DNA of 64,000 bases from contig JAUMWJ010000001.1 in assembly GCA_030529655.1 (NCBI GenBank), forward strand, positions 1,465 to 65,464, written 5' to 3'. This DNA is from Eubacteriales bacterium (GTDB taxonomy: Bacteria; Bacillota; Clostridia; Oscillospirales; Oscillospiraceae). Positions 34,964 through 44,019 of this stretch are shown one piece after another. A program made the translations under genes and the position numbers. The notes under the pieces were generated by a model. The model ran no database searches, was not told where the DNA came from, and saw only the letters and a list, made by a program, of their open reading frames with translations. Position 1 is the stretch's first letter, and each line of letters opens with the position of its first letter.

Positions 34964-35260
34964 TTAGTTGTTCACATCATAAAAAATGCGTTCGCCGTCC
35001 TCGGCCAAACCCAGCTGTTCGCGGGCTTTTTCCTTGTAGATAGCGGGATCATCAGCCCGATCCAGGTCAGCCTGCAGGGAGGCGTTTTCCTGTTGTTGCT
35101 GTTCCAGTTGTGCAGAAGTGCTTTTCAGCTCAGCACGGGCGTCTTTCAACTGCTTGCCGTAGACCTGAAACAGCTCAAATCCCACTACGGCGATCAATAC
35201 GAAAACAACCAGAATTGCCAGGGAGTTACGGTTTTTTCTTGCCCTTTTTTCTTTTTTCAT
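34964..35260 (-). CDS. divIC: Septum formation initiator (FtsB/DivIC family)
   Basis: Basic N-terminus, single TM, then a coiled coil (LEQQQQENASLQADL). Start placed at MKKEKRARK. Confidence 0.7.
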   Translation of the reverse strand: MKKEKRARKNRNSLAILVVFVLIAVVGFELFQVYGKQLKDARAELKSTSAQLEQQQQENASLQADLDRADDPAIYKEKAREQLGLAEDGERIFYDVNN

Positions 35261-35753
35261 GCCTCGAACGCCCTCCTTTGCCGGAAAAATGATCATGCAT
35301 AAGGGTAAAATCCCACCTATACCTTTTAATTGTAGCGTATTTACGCAGGAATTGGAAGTATTTTTTTGTACTTATTGCCATTTTTTTTGCGGCATTTCCG
35401 ACAATGGCGATGGGCTTCCATAAAAGTGCCAGAAATTCAGCGGCGGCATCGGCCCAAAAATCCCATAATGGTCGCAGCAGCCTGCTCAGCAGCAGATAGT
35501 ATACCGCCAAGCCGCAGAGGAAGGCGCACAGCATGAACAGACGAAATTCACCCTGCCCGATCCGCAGGGTAAACAGGAACACGCACAGCAGAACGGTCAG
35601 GATGTAGACAGCATCCACCAAATGCGTCAGCGCATGGCTGCGCCGATGCTGTAAGCGAAGCGGACGCAGCAGGTCATAAACGGTACCGCAAACGATTCCC
35701 AAGAGCATTGCCAAACCCCAATCGGACAACTGCTGCCAAATGTAGACTTCCAT
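35226..35753 (-). CDS. yabQ: Spore cortex biosynthesis protein YabQ
   Basis: Polytopic small membrane protein directly after yabP (TGATG overlap). Confidence 0.7.
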   Translation of the reverse strand: MEVYIWQQLSDWGLAMLLGIVCGTVYDLLRPLRLQHRRSHALTHLVDAVYILTVLLCVFLFTLRIGQGEFRLFMLCAFLCGLAVYYLLLSRLLRPLWDFWADAAAEFLALLWKPIAIVGNAAKKMAISTKKYFQFLRKYATIKRYRWDFTLMHDHFSGKGGRSRHEKRKKGKKKP

Positions 35754-36040
35754 CAGCCAAACAGCCGGCTAAACAGCGAGGCGCCGCGTTCCTGCGGAGA
35801 TTCCTCGTAACTCACCGCATCAATATGTCCGTCCACATGCAGCTCGCCGCCGTCCAGAGAGAGCTTGCCGATGTGCAGATTCTCGCCGCTGATGATCAGT
35901 GTGCCTACGCAGGTAGCCATCACGATGCAGTTTTCGTCAAATCGCTCCACATCCTCCACACCGGATACGGTCAAACGCTCGCGGCCTTCCATTTCCAGGC
36001 GGTGCAGCAGATCACCCTGTGGCTTAAACTCATAAGTCAT
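35753..36040 (-). CDS. yabP: Sporulation protein YabP
   Basis: 95 aa. LTVSGVEDVERFDEN...GENLHIGKLSLDGGEL is typical YabP. Confidence 0.85.
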   Translation of the reverse strand: MTYEFKPQGDLLHRLEMEGRERLTVSGVEDVERFDENCIVMATCVGTLIISGENLHIGKLSLDGGELHVDGHIDAVSYEESPQERGASLFSRLFG

Positions 36041-36098
36041 AGTAAAAACCTCCCATATCGTACAGTCTTCACAGTATGGTATGAGAGGTTGTCTAAAA

Positions 36099-36353
36099 TT
36101 ATGTTATCTCGTCCGCGATTTCCCGGTACATGGCGGCAGCATCGGCCTTGCCAACATTATCAGCCACAGTCAGAACCTCCACCGTGAGGGTTTTCTGGCC
36201 GAAGCGAATGGCGATTTTGTCGCCCACCTTCACATCGTAGGAGGCGCGCTGTATCCGTCCGTTTACGGATACACGCTCATTGTCGCATGCCTCATTGGCG
36301 ACGGTGCGCCGCTTGATCAAGCGAGATACTTTCAGATATTTGTCCAGTCTCAT
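36099..36353 (-). CDS. yabO: S4-domain RNA-binding protein (YabO/RqcP/Hsp15-like)
   Basis: MRLDKYLKVSRLIKRRTVA S4 motif. Confidence 0.85.
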   Translation of the reverse strand: MRLDKYLKVSRLIKRRTVANEACDNERVSVNGRIQRASYDVKVGDKIAIRFGQKTLTVEVLTVADNVGKADAAAMYREIADEIT

Positions 36354-36364
36354 AGGAAAACCTC

Positions 36365-36398
36365 CAAAAAATAAAAGCGCCAGCGGCGCTTTTATTTT
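36365..36398 (-). terminator. Terminator after hup
   Basis: Minus strand: AAAAGCGCC / GGCGCTTTT followed by a T-run. Confidence 0.8.
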
Positions 36399-36409
36399 TC
36401 ATTTCTCAA

Positions 36410-36685
36410 TTATTCAGCCACAGCATCCTTCAGGGCCTTGCCTGCCTTGAAGGTAGGAACCTTCGTAGCAGCGATCTCGACGGGCTCCTTGGTTCTGGGG
36501 TTCAAGCCGGTGCGAGCAGCTCTGCTCTTCACTTCGAAAGAGCCGAAGCCGACCAACTGCACCTTACCTTCGGTCTTCAGAGCGTCGGTAATAGCGCACA
36601 GGGTAGCGCTGACAACAGCTTCGGTGTCCTTCTTAGACATACCGGTCTTCTCTGCCACGGCGGCGATCAATTCGGTCTTATTCAT
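36410..36685 (-). CDS. hup: DNA-binding protein HU
   Basis: [20 protein letters not shown]...GFGSFEV...RNPRT. Confidence 0.95.
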   Translation of the reverse strand: MNKTELIAAVAEKTGMSKKDTEAVVSATLCAITDALKTEGKVQLVGFGSFEVKSRAARTGLNPRTKEPVEIAATKVPTFKAGKALKDAVAE

Positions 36686-36745
36686 GATATTTCCTCCTAC
36701 AAATTTTTCTTTCGTTCGTAAATATCCTAAAACGATACAATCGTA

Positions 36746-37534
36746 TTAAGAACGCTTTGCTTCGTTCCAAAGCCGCATCATCTCGTCAAGAGACAGCTCA
36801 TCAATTTGCCGTCCCTGTGCCGCTGCGCCGTGTTCCACGGCGGCAAAACGATGAATAAACTTTTCACAGGTTTCGTTGATAGCGTCTTCCGGATCGGTGT
36901 GAGCAAACCGGGCCACCTTCACGGCGGCGAACAGCACATCGCCCAGCTCCTCACGCACATTACTCTGTGTGCTCACTGCCTGACGCAGCTCGGCCACTTC
37001 TTCCTCCAGCTTATCCAATGCGCCGTTGATGTCGGGCCAATCGAAGCCGACCTTGGCGGCTTTTGTCTGCAGTTTTTCGGCGCGCCACAGGCCCGGCAGA
37101 CTGCGCGCCACGCTGTCAAGGGCCTGCGTGGTGGATACCTGCCCCTTTTCCAGCCGCTTCAGAGCATCCCAACTGACAAGAACACTCTCTGCGCTGTCCT
37201 CGTGTGCATCGCCGAACACATGGGGATGGCGAAACAGCAGTTTCTTCACCACACCGTCGATCACATCTGCCATGTCAAAGCGTCCGCGGTCTTGCTCAAT
37301 GTCGGCATGGAACACCACCTGCATCAGCACATCGCCCAGTTCCTCGCGCAGCATGGCGGCATCGTCGTGGTCGATGGCCTCACAGGCCTCATAGGCCTCC
37401 TCCAACATGCCCCGTCGAATGGAGGTGTGTGTCTGCTCCCGATCCCACGGACAACCCTCCGGAGAACGAAGAATACGGATGATTTCCAGCAAGTCGCTGT
37501 AATCATAACGAGATTTCACTTCAAAATTTACCAT
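36746..37534 (-). CDS. mazG: MazG nucleoside triphosphate pyrophosphohydrolase (tandem MazG domains)
   Basis: CPWDREQTH and EExxE/ELGD motifs occur twice. Start at MVNFEV with an AGGAG RBS. Confidence 0.85.
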   Translation of the reverse strand: MVNFEVKSRYDYSDLLEIIRILRSPEGCPWDREQTHTSIRRGMLEEAYEACEAIDHDDAAMLREELGDVLMQVVFHADIEQDRGRFDMADVIDGVVKKLLFRHPHVFGDAHEDSAESVLVSWDALKRLEKGQVSTTQALDSVARSLPGLWRAEKLQTKAAKVGFDWPDINGALDKLEEEVAELRQAVSTQSNVREELGDVLFAAVKVARFAHTDPEDAINETCEKFIHRFAAVEHGAAAQGRQIDELSLDEMMRLWNEAKRS

Positions 37535-37584
37535 ACTTACTCTCCTATTGCAAGAGTTTTTCGTGTCAAGGAGCAAAAACTTCC

Positions 37585-39171
37585 TTAATTTCGTAGAAAA
37601 CGGGCCCATTTTTCGCTTTTAGGCAGACCTGCTATATCTTCCCGTGTAACAGCACCCAATGCCACAGCCAGCACAGCATAGGTCACAATGGCCAGCATCA
37701 CAGCGATCAGCACGGCGAACCTGCCGGAAACCACCCGGCATAAGAGATTGTAGCTGCACCGTGCGGCAATGCCCATCACCGCAGCAGCCAGAGCCGGCCG
37801 CCAGAAGACCTGAAAATAGTCCGGCTTTTCCGGCACACACCGCCAGATGGCGATCAGATTCAGCAGTACGATCAACCCATAGCAGTACAGAGTGCTCACC
37901 GGAGCGCCACGGATACCGATAGCGGGGTTAGCCACCATCAGATAGTTGGTCACCACTTTCATCACGCCGCCGGAGAGCAGCGTCCAAAGGGGGATGCGCT
38001 CCTTGCCGTAGGCCTGCAAAATGGCGTTGGTCATGGTCATAAAGCACACCAGAATACTGGCAAAGCCCAACACGCGCAGGTGCTCGGCGGCTGCGGCAGC
38101 CGTGTCCGGCACGGCGAAGTAAAGCAGGTCCATAATGGGCTGTGCCAAAACGGATAAACCCACACCGGCAGGAATCGCCAATAGGGCAGTCATGCGAAAA
38201 GCGGAAGCGGTGTGGCTTTTGGCGGCGCGATAATCCCGCCGTGTGAGAGCTGCGGTAATGGCGGGAATCAGACTGATGGTCACCGGATAGATAAAAGCGG
38301 TGGGCAGCGCGAACAGATTCACCGCATAGGTGTACTCGCCGTATAGGGCGGTGGCAACGCTTTCGCTCAAGCCCAGGGAGTTTTGCAGCGTACCCTGTAC
38401 CAACGACTGATCCAGCAGGTTCAGCAGCGTCATGCCGCAAGCGCCGATGGTAATGGGTACACCGATGGACAGCAACCGGCGCAGGATGGTGCGTCTGCTT
38501 TGGGGTGTATCGTAGCTTTGACGGTAACGGCGGCGGCGCAGCAGATAGACCAGCAGCGTCACCATGCCGAGAAAGGTACCCACTGTCACGCCGGCAATGG
38601 CACCGGCGGCACCTATGTATTTGGAATAGCCCTGCCCTAACAGCCACCAGACCAGCACCATGCCGACGATCAGCTTGGTCATGGACTCGATGATCTCGCT
38701 CAATGCGGTGGGGCGCATATTGCCCTGTCCCTGGGTATAACCGCGGACAGCGGACAGCACGCACACAAACAGCACAGCCGGTGACAGCACACGGATGGCA
38801 GGCACTGCCATGGAGTTGTGCAGCAGGGCAGCCAAGGGCTGAGCCAGGAAGAACATGACAGCGCTGCATAGAACACCCAAAGTCAAAAACAGCGTGCTTG
38901 CCGTGCGGAAAACACGCCGCTTCTGGTTTTCATGCCCCAACGCTTCTGCTTCGGAGACCAGACGGGAAAGAGCCAGCGGTAATCCGGCAGTAGAGATCAC
39001 CAGCAGCAGGTTGTAGATGTTGTAGGCGGCGTAGAACGCGCTCATACCCTCTTTGTCCAGCAGGTTGGCAATGGGGATTTTGAAGAGCGCACCGATCAGC
39101 TTGGTAATGACCATGGTAAGCGTCAGCAATGCCGCGCCGCCCATAAAGCTCTGCTTTGTGTTGCTGCTCAC
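37585..39171 (-). CDS. MOP-superfamily flippase (SpoVB/YabM/MurJ-like)
   Basis: 528 aa, about 14 TM. Position matches the Bacillus yabM/spoVB context. GTG start with an AGGAGG RBS. Confidence 0.75.
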   Translation of the reverse strand: MSSNTKQSFMGGAALLTLTMVITKLIGALFKIPIANLLDKEGMSAFYAAYNIYNLLLVISTAGLPLALSRLVSEAEALGHENQKRRVFRTASTLFLTLGVLCSAVMFFLAQPLAALLHNSMAVPAIRVLSPAVLFVCVLSAVRGYTQGQGNMRPTALSEIIESMTKLIVGMVLVWWLLGQGYSKYIGAAGAIAGVTVGTFLGMVTLLVYLLRRRRYRQSYDTPQSRRTILRRLLSIGVPITIGACGMTLLNLLDQSLVQGTLQNSLGLSESVATALYGEYTYAVNLFALPTAFIYPVTISLIPAITAALTRRDYRAAKSHTASAFRMTALLAIPAGVGLSVLAQPIMDLLYFAVPDTAAAAAEHLRVLGFASILVCFMTMTNAILQAYGKERIPLWTLLSGGVMKVVTNYLMVANPAIGIRGAPVSTLYCYGLIVLLNLIAIWRCVPEKPDYFQVFWRPALAAAVMGIAARCSYNLLCRVVSGRFAVLIAVMLAIVTYAVLAVALGAVTREDIAGLPKSEKWARFLRN

Positions 39172-39230
39172 GCAAGGTCACCTCCTGTCAGTAATCTCGC
39201 CCAAAATGTCTGTCATTTTGGGCGAGGGTC

Positions 39231-40703
39231 TTATTTTTTCATGTTTTCATGAAAGTCACGGAAAGCGGCCAGGTTGGCAGTGATCTTTTCCGGACGCTGG
39301 ATATATTCGTTGGGGAATTTGGCGTGGAACACACGCTCAATGCGGTTGTTAACAGGGTCTACCATTTTGGTGGAGCCGCCTGCGCCAAGGGAGAGGATGC
39401 TGTGCAGCTCCTCCATGATGTAGATATTATACAACCCTTCCGCGCCGGATATGCACCAACCTACATTCTCAAAGCTGCCGGACATGTATTTCTGGCGATA
39501 GAGATAGTAAGGGGAAAATCCCGCCTTTCGCAGAGTGGGGTTGGCGTAATCCAGCATTTCGGCCACATCCTCGGCGGTGGGAATGGTCAGTCCCTCCAAT
39601 AGGATACGGCTGCCCTTTTTCAGCGACAGGGTGTGGATGGTAATGTTGTCTGCGCCGTAAGTGAGGCACTTATCTAAGGTGCGTCGAAAGCCCTCCGGCG
39701 TGTCCTCGGGCAGACCGGCGATCAGATCCATGTTCACATGGGGAAATCCCATGGACATGGCCAGTGCCATGGTATCCTCAATGTCCTTGGCGGTGTGCTT
39801 GCGGCCGATGGCACGCAGCACGTGATCTTCCAGCGTCTGGGGATTGACGCTGATGCGATCGGTGCCGTGGTCAAGAAGTACCTGCAGCTTGTCACGGGTA
39901 ATGGTGTCGGGCCGTCCCGCCTCAATGCAGTATTCCACGCAATCCGACAAATCGAAGTGCTTGTTGAGATGCGTCAGCAGACGGTCCATCTGCTGCGCCG
40001 ACAGGGTGGTGGGAGTGCCGCCGCCCATGTAAAAGGACTTGATGTGGAGCCCCGTTTCCTTCACCATCTGGGCGGCGTCGGTGATCTCCTGACACAAAGC
40101 GTCCAGATACGGCTCCATCAGGCCAAAGGATTTTTCCACCGAGGCCGACACAAAGCTGCAGTAGGCGCAGCGTGTGGGACAGAAGGGAATGCCGATGTAG
40201 AGGGAAATATCGTTTGGCTGCAAGTCCCTCTTAGCGGCAAGCCCTGCCTGAGCCGTTTCAATGGCAAGCTGCCGACGGGCAGGGGATACGAAGTAGGTGT
40301 CTGCAAGGAGCTTGTCCACCTGACGGGGCGATTTCCCCTCCTCCAAAAAGCGAGCGGCCAACTTGCCGGGACGGATACCCGTCAGTGCGCCCCAGGAGGG
40401 TGTCACACCGGTTATTTCACGAGCCGCCTTAAAAAAGCTCAGCTTTACGGCTTTTTGGCGCAAACGCTCCTGCTCATATTCATCCGGCTCGCTGTCGATG
40501 ATCTCACGGGAAATACCGCGAGCCACCTTGCCTCGATAGAGGATTTTGGTGGTAGCGGTGGTGAACTTGTCGCCTTGGGATAAGTTCACCCATGCACAGT
40601 TGTCGTCCTCGCCGTCATAGACAGGACGCTCATCGGGGAAAAACGCCAGCAGACTTTGCTCCACGGCGTATCGGTCATCGTGACCGCGAAAGATAAGTTT
40701 CAT
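39231..40703 (-). CDS. hemZ: Radical SAM coproporphyrinogen-dehydrogenase-like protein (HemZ-type)
   Basis: CPTRCAYCSF CxxxCxxC motif. HemN-like C-domain. Confidence 0.75.
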   Translation of the reverse strand: MKLIFRGHDDRYAVEQSLLAFFPDERPVYDGEDDNCAWVNLSQGDKFTTATTKILYRGKVARGISREIIDSEPDEYEQERLRQKAVKLSFFKAAREITGVTPSWGALTGIRPGKLAARFLEEGKSPRQVDKLLADTYFVSPARRQLAIETAQAGLAAKRDLQPNDISLYIGIPFCPTRCAYCSFVSASVEKSFGLMEPYLDALCQEITDAAQMVKETGLHIKSFYMGGGTPTTLSAQQMDRLLTHLNKHFDLSDCVEYCIEAGRPDTITRDKLQVLLDHGTDRISVNPQTLEDHVLRAIGRKHTAKDIEDTMALAMSMGFPHVNMDLIAGLPEDTPEGFRRTLDKCLTYGADNITIHTLSLKKGSRILLEGLTIPTAEDVAEMLDYANPTLRKAGFSPYYLYRQKYMSGSFENVGWCISGAEGLYNIYIMEELHSILSLGAGGSTKMVDPVNNRIERVFHAKFPNEYIQRPEKITANLAAFRDFHENMKK

Positions 40704-41314
40704 AAGGTCATTCCTTGCTTCATATAGGGATTGAACCGCCGTTCATAATCCAGCTCGCTGTCGCGCTCGTGACCGGAATAGACATGGAAGCTGCCCTCCA
40801 TCCGTCCCAGTCGTGCCAGAGAGGACAGCATTTCCCGATAGTCACCGCCGGGAAAATCGGTGCGGCCGCAGGAGGCACGGAACAGGGTGTCGCCGGCAAA
40901 AATGACATCGTTCACCACCAGACACACGGAGCCCTTGGAGTGACCGGGGGTGTGCATCACACGGAGGGTCAGCTCACCCAGGGCCAGCTCATCGCCCTCA
41001 TCATAGTAGCGCTGATGCTGCTCATCAAGACGCCGGAACAGGAGATCGCCGCCGGGGCGGTCGGTGACATCGGCCTTGTGGATATAGACAGGCACGTCGT
41101 ATTTTTCCAGCAGGGGACGCACGGCACCCCAATGGTCGAAATGGCCATGAGACAAGAGGATATACTGCAGGGTACAACCGGAGTTGTCTACCATTGTCTC
41201 CACCTGTTTCGCATCGTCTCCCGGGTCGATCAAGGCGCAGACTTTGGCGTTTTCATCTTGCAGCAGATAGCAGTTGGTCATAATAGGGCCGACCACCATA
41301 GTGTCAATTTTCAT
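40700..41314 (-). CDS. MBL-fold metallo-hydrolase
   Basis: SHGHFDH motif. ATGA overlap with hemZ. Confidence 0.8.
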   Translation of the reverse strand: MKIDTMVVGPIMTNCYLLQDENAKVCALIDPGDDAKQVETMVDNSGCTLQYILLSHGHFDHWGAVRPLLEKYDVPVYIHKADVTDRPGGDLLFRRLDEQHQRYYDEGDELALGELTLRVMHTPGHSKGSVCLVVNDVIFAGDTLFRASCGRTDFPGGDYREMLSSLARLGRMEGSFHVYSGHERDSELDYERRFNPYMKQGMTL

Positions 41315-41324
41315 AGCGTTCTCC

Positions 41325-41771
41325 TTATAGCTGATCGGTGTCCACCACCAAAGTCAGCGGACCGTCGTTGAGGGATTCCACCTTCATATCGGCGCCGAAC
41401 TCGCCGGTTTCCACATGGAAGCCCTTGTCACGGCATACGGCGATGAATTTTTCGTACAGGGGAATGGCGATTTCAGGACGAGCGGCTGCCAGAAAATCGG
41501 GACGGCGACCCTTTTTACAGTTGCCGTACAGTGTAAACTGGGAGACCACCAGGATCTCACCGTTTATCGCCTCAAGACCACGGTTCATCTTGCCGTCCTC
41601 ATCCTCAAAAATACGCAGCGAGGTCAGTTTATCCGCCAGCTTGACAGCCAGCGCCTCGGTGTCGTCGTGGGTGATCCCCAACAGGATGAGGAATCCCTCG
41701 CCGATTTGGCTTTTTACCTGACCGTCAATGGTAACGGAAGCGTGTTTGACGCGCGTAAGCACAGCTCTCAT
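41325..41771 (-). CDS. dtd: D-aminoacyl-tRNA deacylase
   Basis: 148 aa, MRAVLTRVKHASV...SQFTLYG. Confidence 0.95.
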   Translation of the reverse strand: MRAVLTRVKHASVTIDGQVKSQIGEGFLILLGITHDDTEALAVKLADKLTSLRIFEDEDGKMNRGLEAINGEILVVSQFTLYGNCKKGRRPDFLAAARPEIAIPLYEKFIAVCRDKGFHVETGEFGADMKVESLNDGPLTLVVDTDQL

Positions 41772-41814
41772 TGTGTTTGCTCCTTTTATAAAATATAGTG
41801 TGTCGAAAGTTGTG

Positions 41815-44019
41815 TTATCCGGCAGGACGAGTTACATTCATCACGCCGGAGATCTGTTCGATGCGGCGGATGACCGTTTGCAGTTGATCGCCGCCTGCCA
41901 CATCCACATCCAGCGAAAGCAGCGCAAAACCATCGGAGGTGCTGCGCGCATTGAGAGAGGAAACATGGGTCTTGGTGCCGGAGAGGATGGTGGAAATATC
42001 CACGATCAGGTTAATGCGATCCTTTGCCACCACCTGCAAGGTGGTGCGATAGGTTTCGGTAATCTTATCCGCCCAACTCACCTTGATCCAGCGCCCCACC
42101 TCATCGGGACTGCGACGGGCGGGATCGGCGTTGGGACAGTCACAGCGATGAACAGACACGCCGTAGCCCCGTGTAATGAAGCCGACAATGTCATCGCCGG
42201 GCACAGGAGTACAGCATTTGGAGAATTTGACCAGACAGTTGGAGAGGCCCTCCACCACAATGCCGTGCTCACTCTTGCTGCGCTTGGGTACGGCAGGGCG
42301 CATGATCTCCGGCCGATCCTTCACGGGGACTTCTGCCTGACGCTCCACCTGATGCTGATGGAGAATCCGCTGAATTTCGTCCCGCAATCTGCCCACCAGC
42401 TTCAGTGAGGTGACGCCGCCATAGCCGATAGCGGCATACATATCGTCCAGATTGTTATAAGCCAGACGCTTGAGCACGCCGGGCAGATTTTCTTCGTTGG
42501 TCAGTTCCTTCAGCGTTACGCCGCAGCGTTTCAGCTCCGCTTCAAAGGAGGCACGGCCATTGACAATGTTTTCGTCACGCTTCTCCTTCTTGAACCATTG
42601 ACGGATCTTACTGCGGGCGTTGCTGGAACGGGCGATCTTGATCCAGTCACGACTGGGACCGTGGGCACTCTGGGAGGTGATCACCTCCACAAAATCGCCG
42701 TTTTGCAGGCGGTAGTCGTACTGCACGATACGGCCGTTGACCTTAGCGGCTACCATATGATTGCCCACAGCGGAGTGAATGGTATAGGCAAAGTCAATGG
42801 GTGTGGCACCGGCAGGCAGATTGATCACATCGCCCTGAGGCGTAAAGACGAACACCTCATCGGCAAACATATCCACCTTCAGCGAATGGATAAAGTCCTC
42901 GGCATCGGCGCCCTCCTGATTTTCCAGCAGCCGGCGCACCCACTCGTAGCTGCCCTCATCACCGCTGCCCTGACCGTTCTGCTTGTACTTCCAATGAGCG
43001 GCGATACCGTATTCGGCAATTTCATGCATTTCCTGGGTGCGGATCTGCACCTCAAAGGGGATGGCGTTATCCCCCATGACGGTGGTGTGCAGACTTTGAT
43101 ACATATTGGGCTTTGGCGTGCCGATATAATCCTTGAAGCGGCCCAGAATCGGTTTGTACAGATCATGGACGATGCCCAGTACATTATAGCAGTCAAACAC
43201 CGTGTCCACGATGACGCGGAAAGCGAACAGATCGAACACATCGTCCAGTTCCTTGTTTTGCGTGTACATCTTGCGATAGATGCCGTACGGGTGCTTCATG
43301 CGTCCGCTGACGCGGGCCTTGATACCCGCCTCATCCAGACGTTCCGTGATCTGGCGGTGAATGGCGGCCATAAAGCCGTCGTATTCCGCCGCCTTCTCGT
43401 CCAATGCCTCCTTGATCTCCTGAAAACCAATGGGATCAAGATATTTCAAGCTCAGGTCTTCCAGCTCCCACTTCATCTTCTGCATACCCAGACGATGTGC
43501 CAGAGGAGCATAGATCTCCATAGTTTCAAAGGACTTCTGCTTTTGCTTGGCAGGGGTCTGATACTCCATGGTACGCATATTGTGCAGACGGTCGGCGATC
43601 TTAATGAGGATGACACGAATGTCCTTGCTCATGGCAAGGAGCATTTTACGCAGATTCTCCATCTGCTCCTCTTCCTTGGTGGAATATTTCACCCGTGCCA
43701 GTTTGCTGACACCCTCCACCAGATCGGCCACCGTGGGAGAAAACAGACGCGCCACATCCTCGTGTGTCACGGAGGTGTCCTCGATGGTATCGTGGAGTAA
43801 GGCGGCCTCAATGGATTCGCTGTCTAAGTGCAGCTCCTCGGCAATGATCTGTGCCACCGCCAGGGGGTGGGTCACAAATGGCGAGCCGTCTTTCCGGTTC
43901 TGCCCCTTATGGGCATTGTCGGCATAGTCAAATGCCGCACGAATTTGGGTAAAGTTGGCTCCCGGGTTATAGCTGCGGACGGTTTCCTCCAGATGGTTAT
44001 ACATTTCCTGCGGTGTCAC
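41815..44019 (-). CDS. relA: Bifunctional (p)ppGpp synthetase/hydrolase RelA/SpoT
   Basis: HD domain (HDTIEDT), RelA_SpoT synthetase, TGS and ACT. GTGA overlap with recJ. Confidence 0.95.
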   Translation of the reverse strand: MTPQEMYNHLEETVRSYNPGANFTQIRAAFDYADNAHKGQNRKDGSPFVTHPLAVAQIIAEELHLDSESIEAALLHDTIEDTSVTHEDVARLFSPTVADLVEGVSKLARVKYSTKEEEQMENLRKMLLAMSKDIRVILIKIADRLHNMRTMEYQTPAKQKQKSFETMEIYAPLAHRLGMQKMKWELEDLSLKYLDPIGFQEIKEALDEKAAEYDGFMAAIHRQITERLDEAGIKARVSGRMKHPYGIYRKMYTQNKELDDVFDLFAFRVIVDTVFDCYNVLGIVHDLYKPILGRFKDYIGTPKPNMYQSLHTTVMGDNAIPFEVQIRTQEMHEIAEYGIAAHWKYKQNGQGSGDEGSYEWVRRLLENQEGADAEDFIHSLKVDMFADEVFVFTPQGDVINLPAGATPIDFAYTIHSAVGNHMVAAKVNGRIVQYDYRLQNGDFVEVITSQSAHGPSRDWIKIARSSNARSKIRQWFKKEKRDENIVNGRASFEAELKRCGVTLKELTNEENLPGVLKRLAYNNLDDMYAAIGYGGVTSLKLVGRLRDEIQRILHQHQVERQAEVPVKDRPEIMRPAVPKRSKSEHGIVVEGLSNCLVKFSKCCTPVPGDDIVGFITRGYGVSVHRCDCPNADPARRSPDEVGRWIKVSWADKITETYRTTLQVVAKDRINLIVDISTILSGTKTHVSSLNARSTSDGFALLSLDVDVAGGDQLQTVIRRIEQISGVMNVTRPAG

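Noticed and set aside
35226-35260. 35-nt out-of-frame overlap between the yabQ 3' end and the divIC 5' end in a Lys-codon-rich stretch.
   Set aside because: This is probably ordinary gene overlap or start-site uncertainty. AAA/AAG-rich sequence is open in several frames, and there is no slippery site suggesting programmed frameshifting.
39206-39238. Hairpin CTCGCCCAAAATG/CATTTTGGGCGAG between hemZ and the flippase gene, considered as a regulatory element.
   Set aside because: It is most simply the hemZ terminator or an operon-internal attenuator. Nothing distinguishes it from the other terminators.
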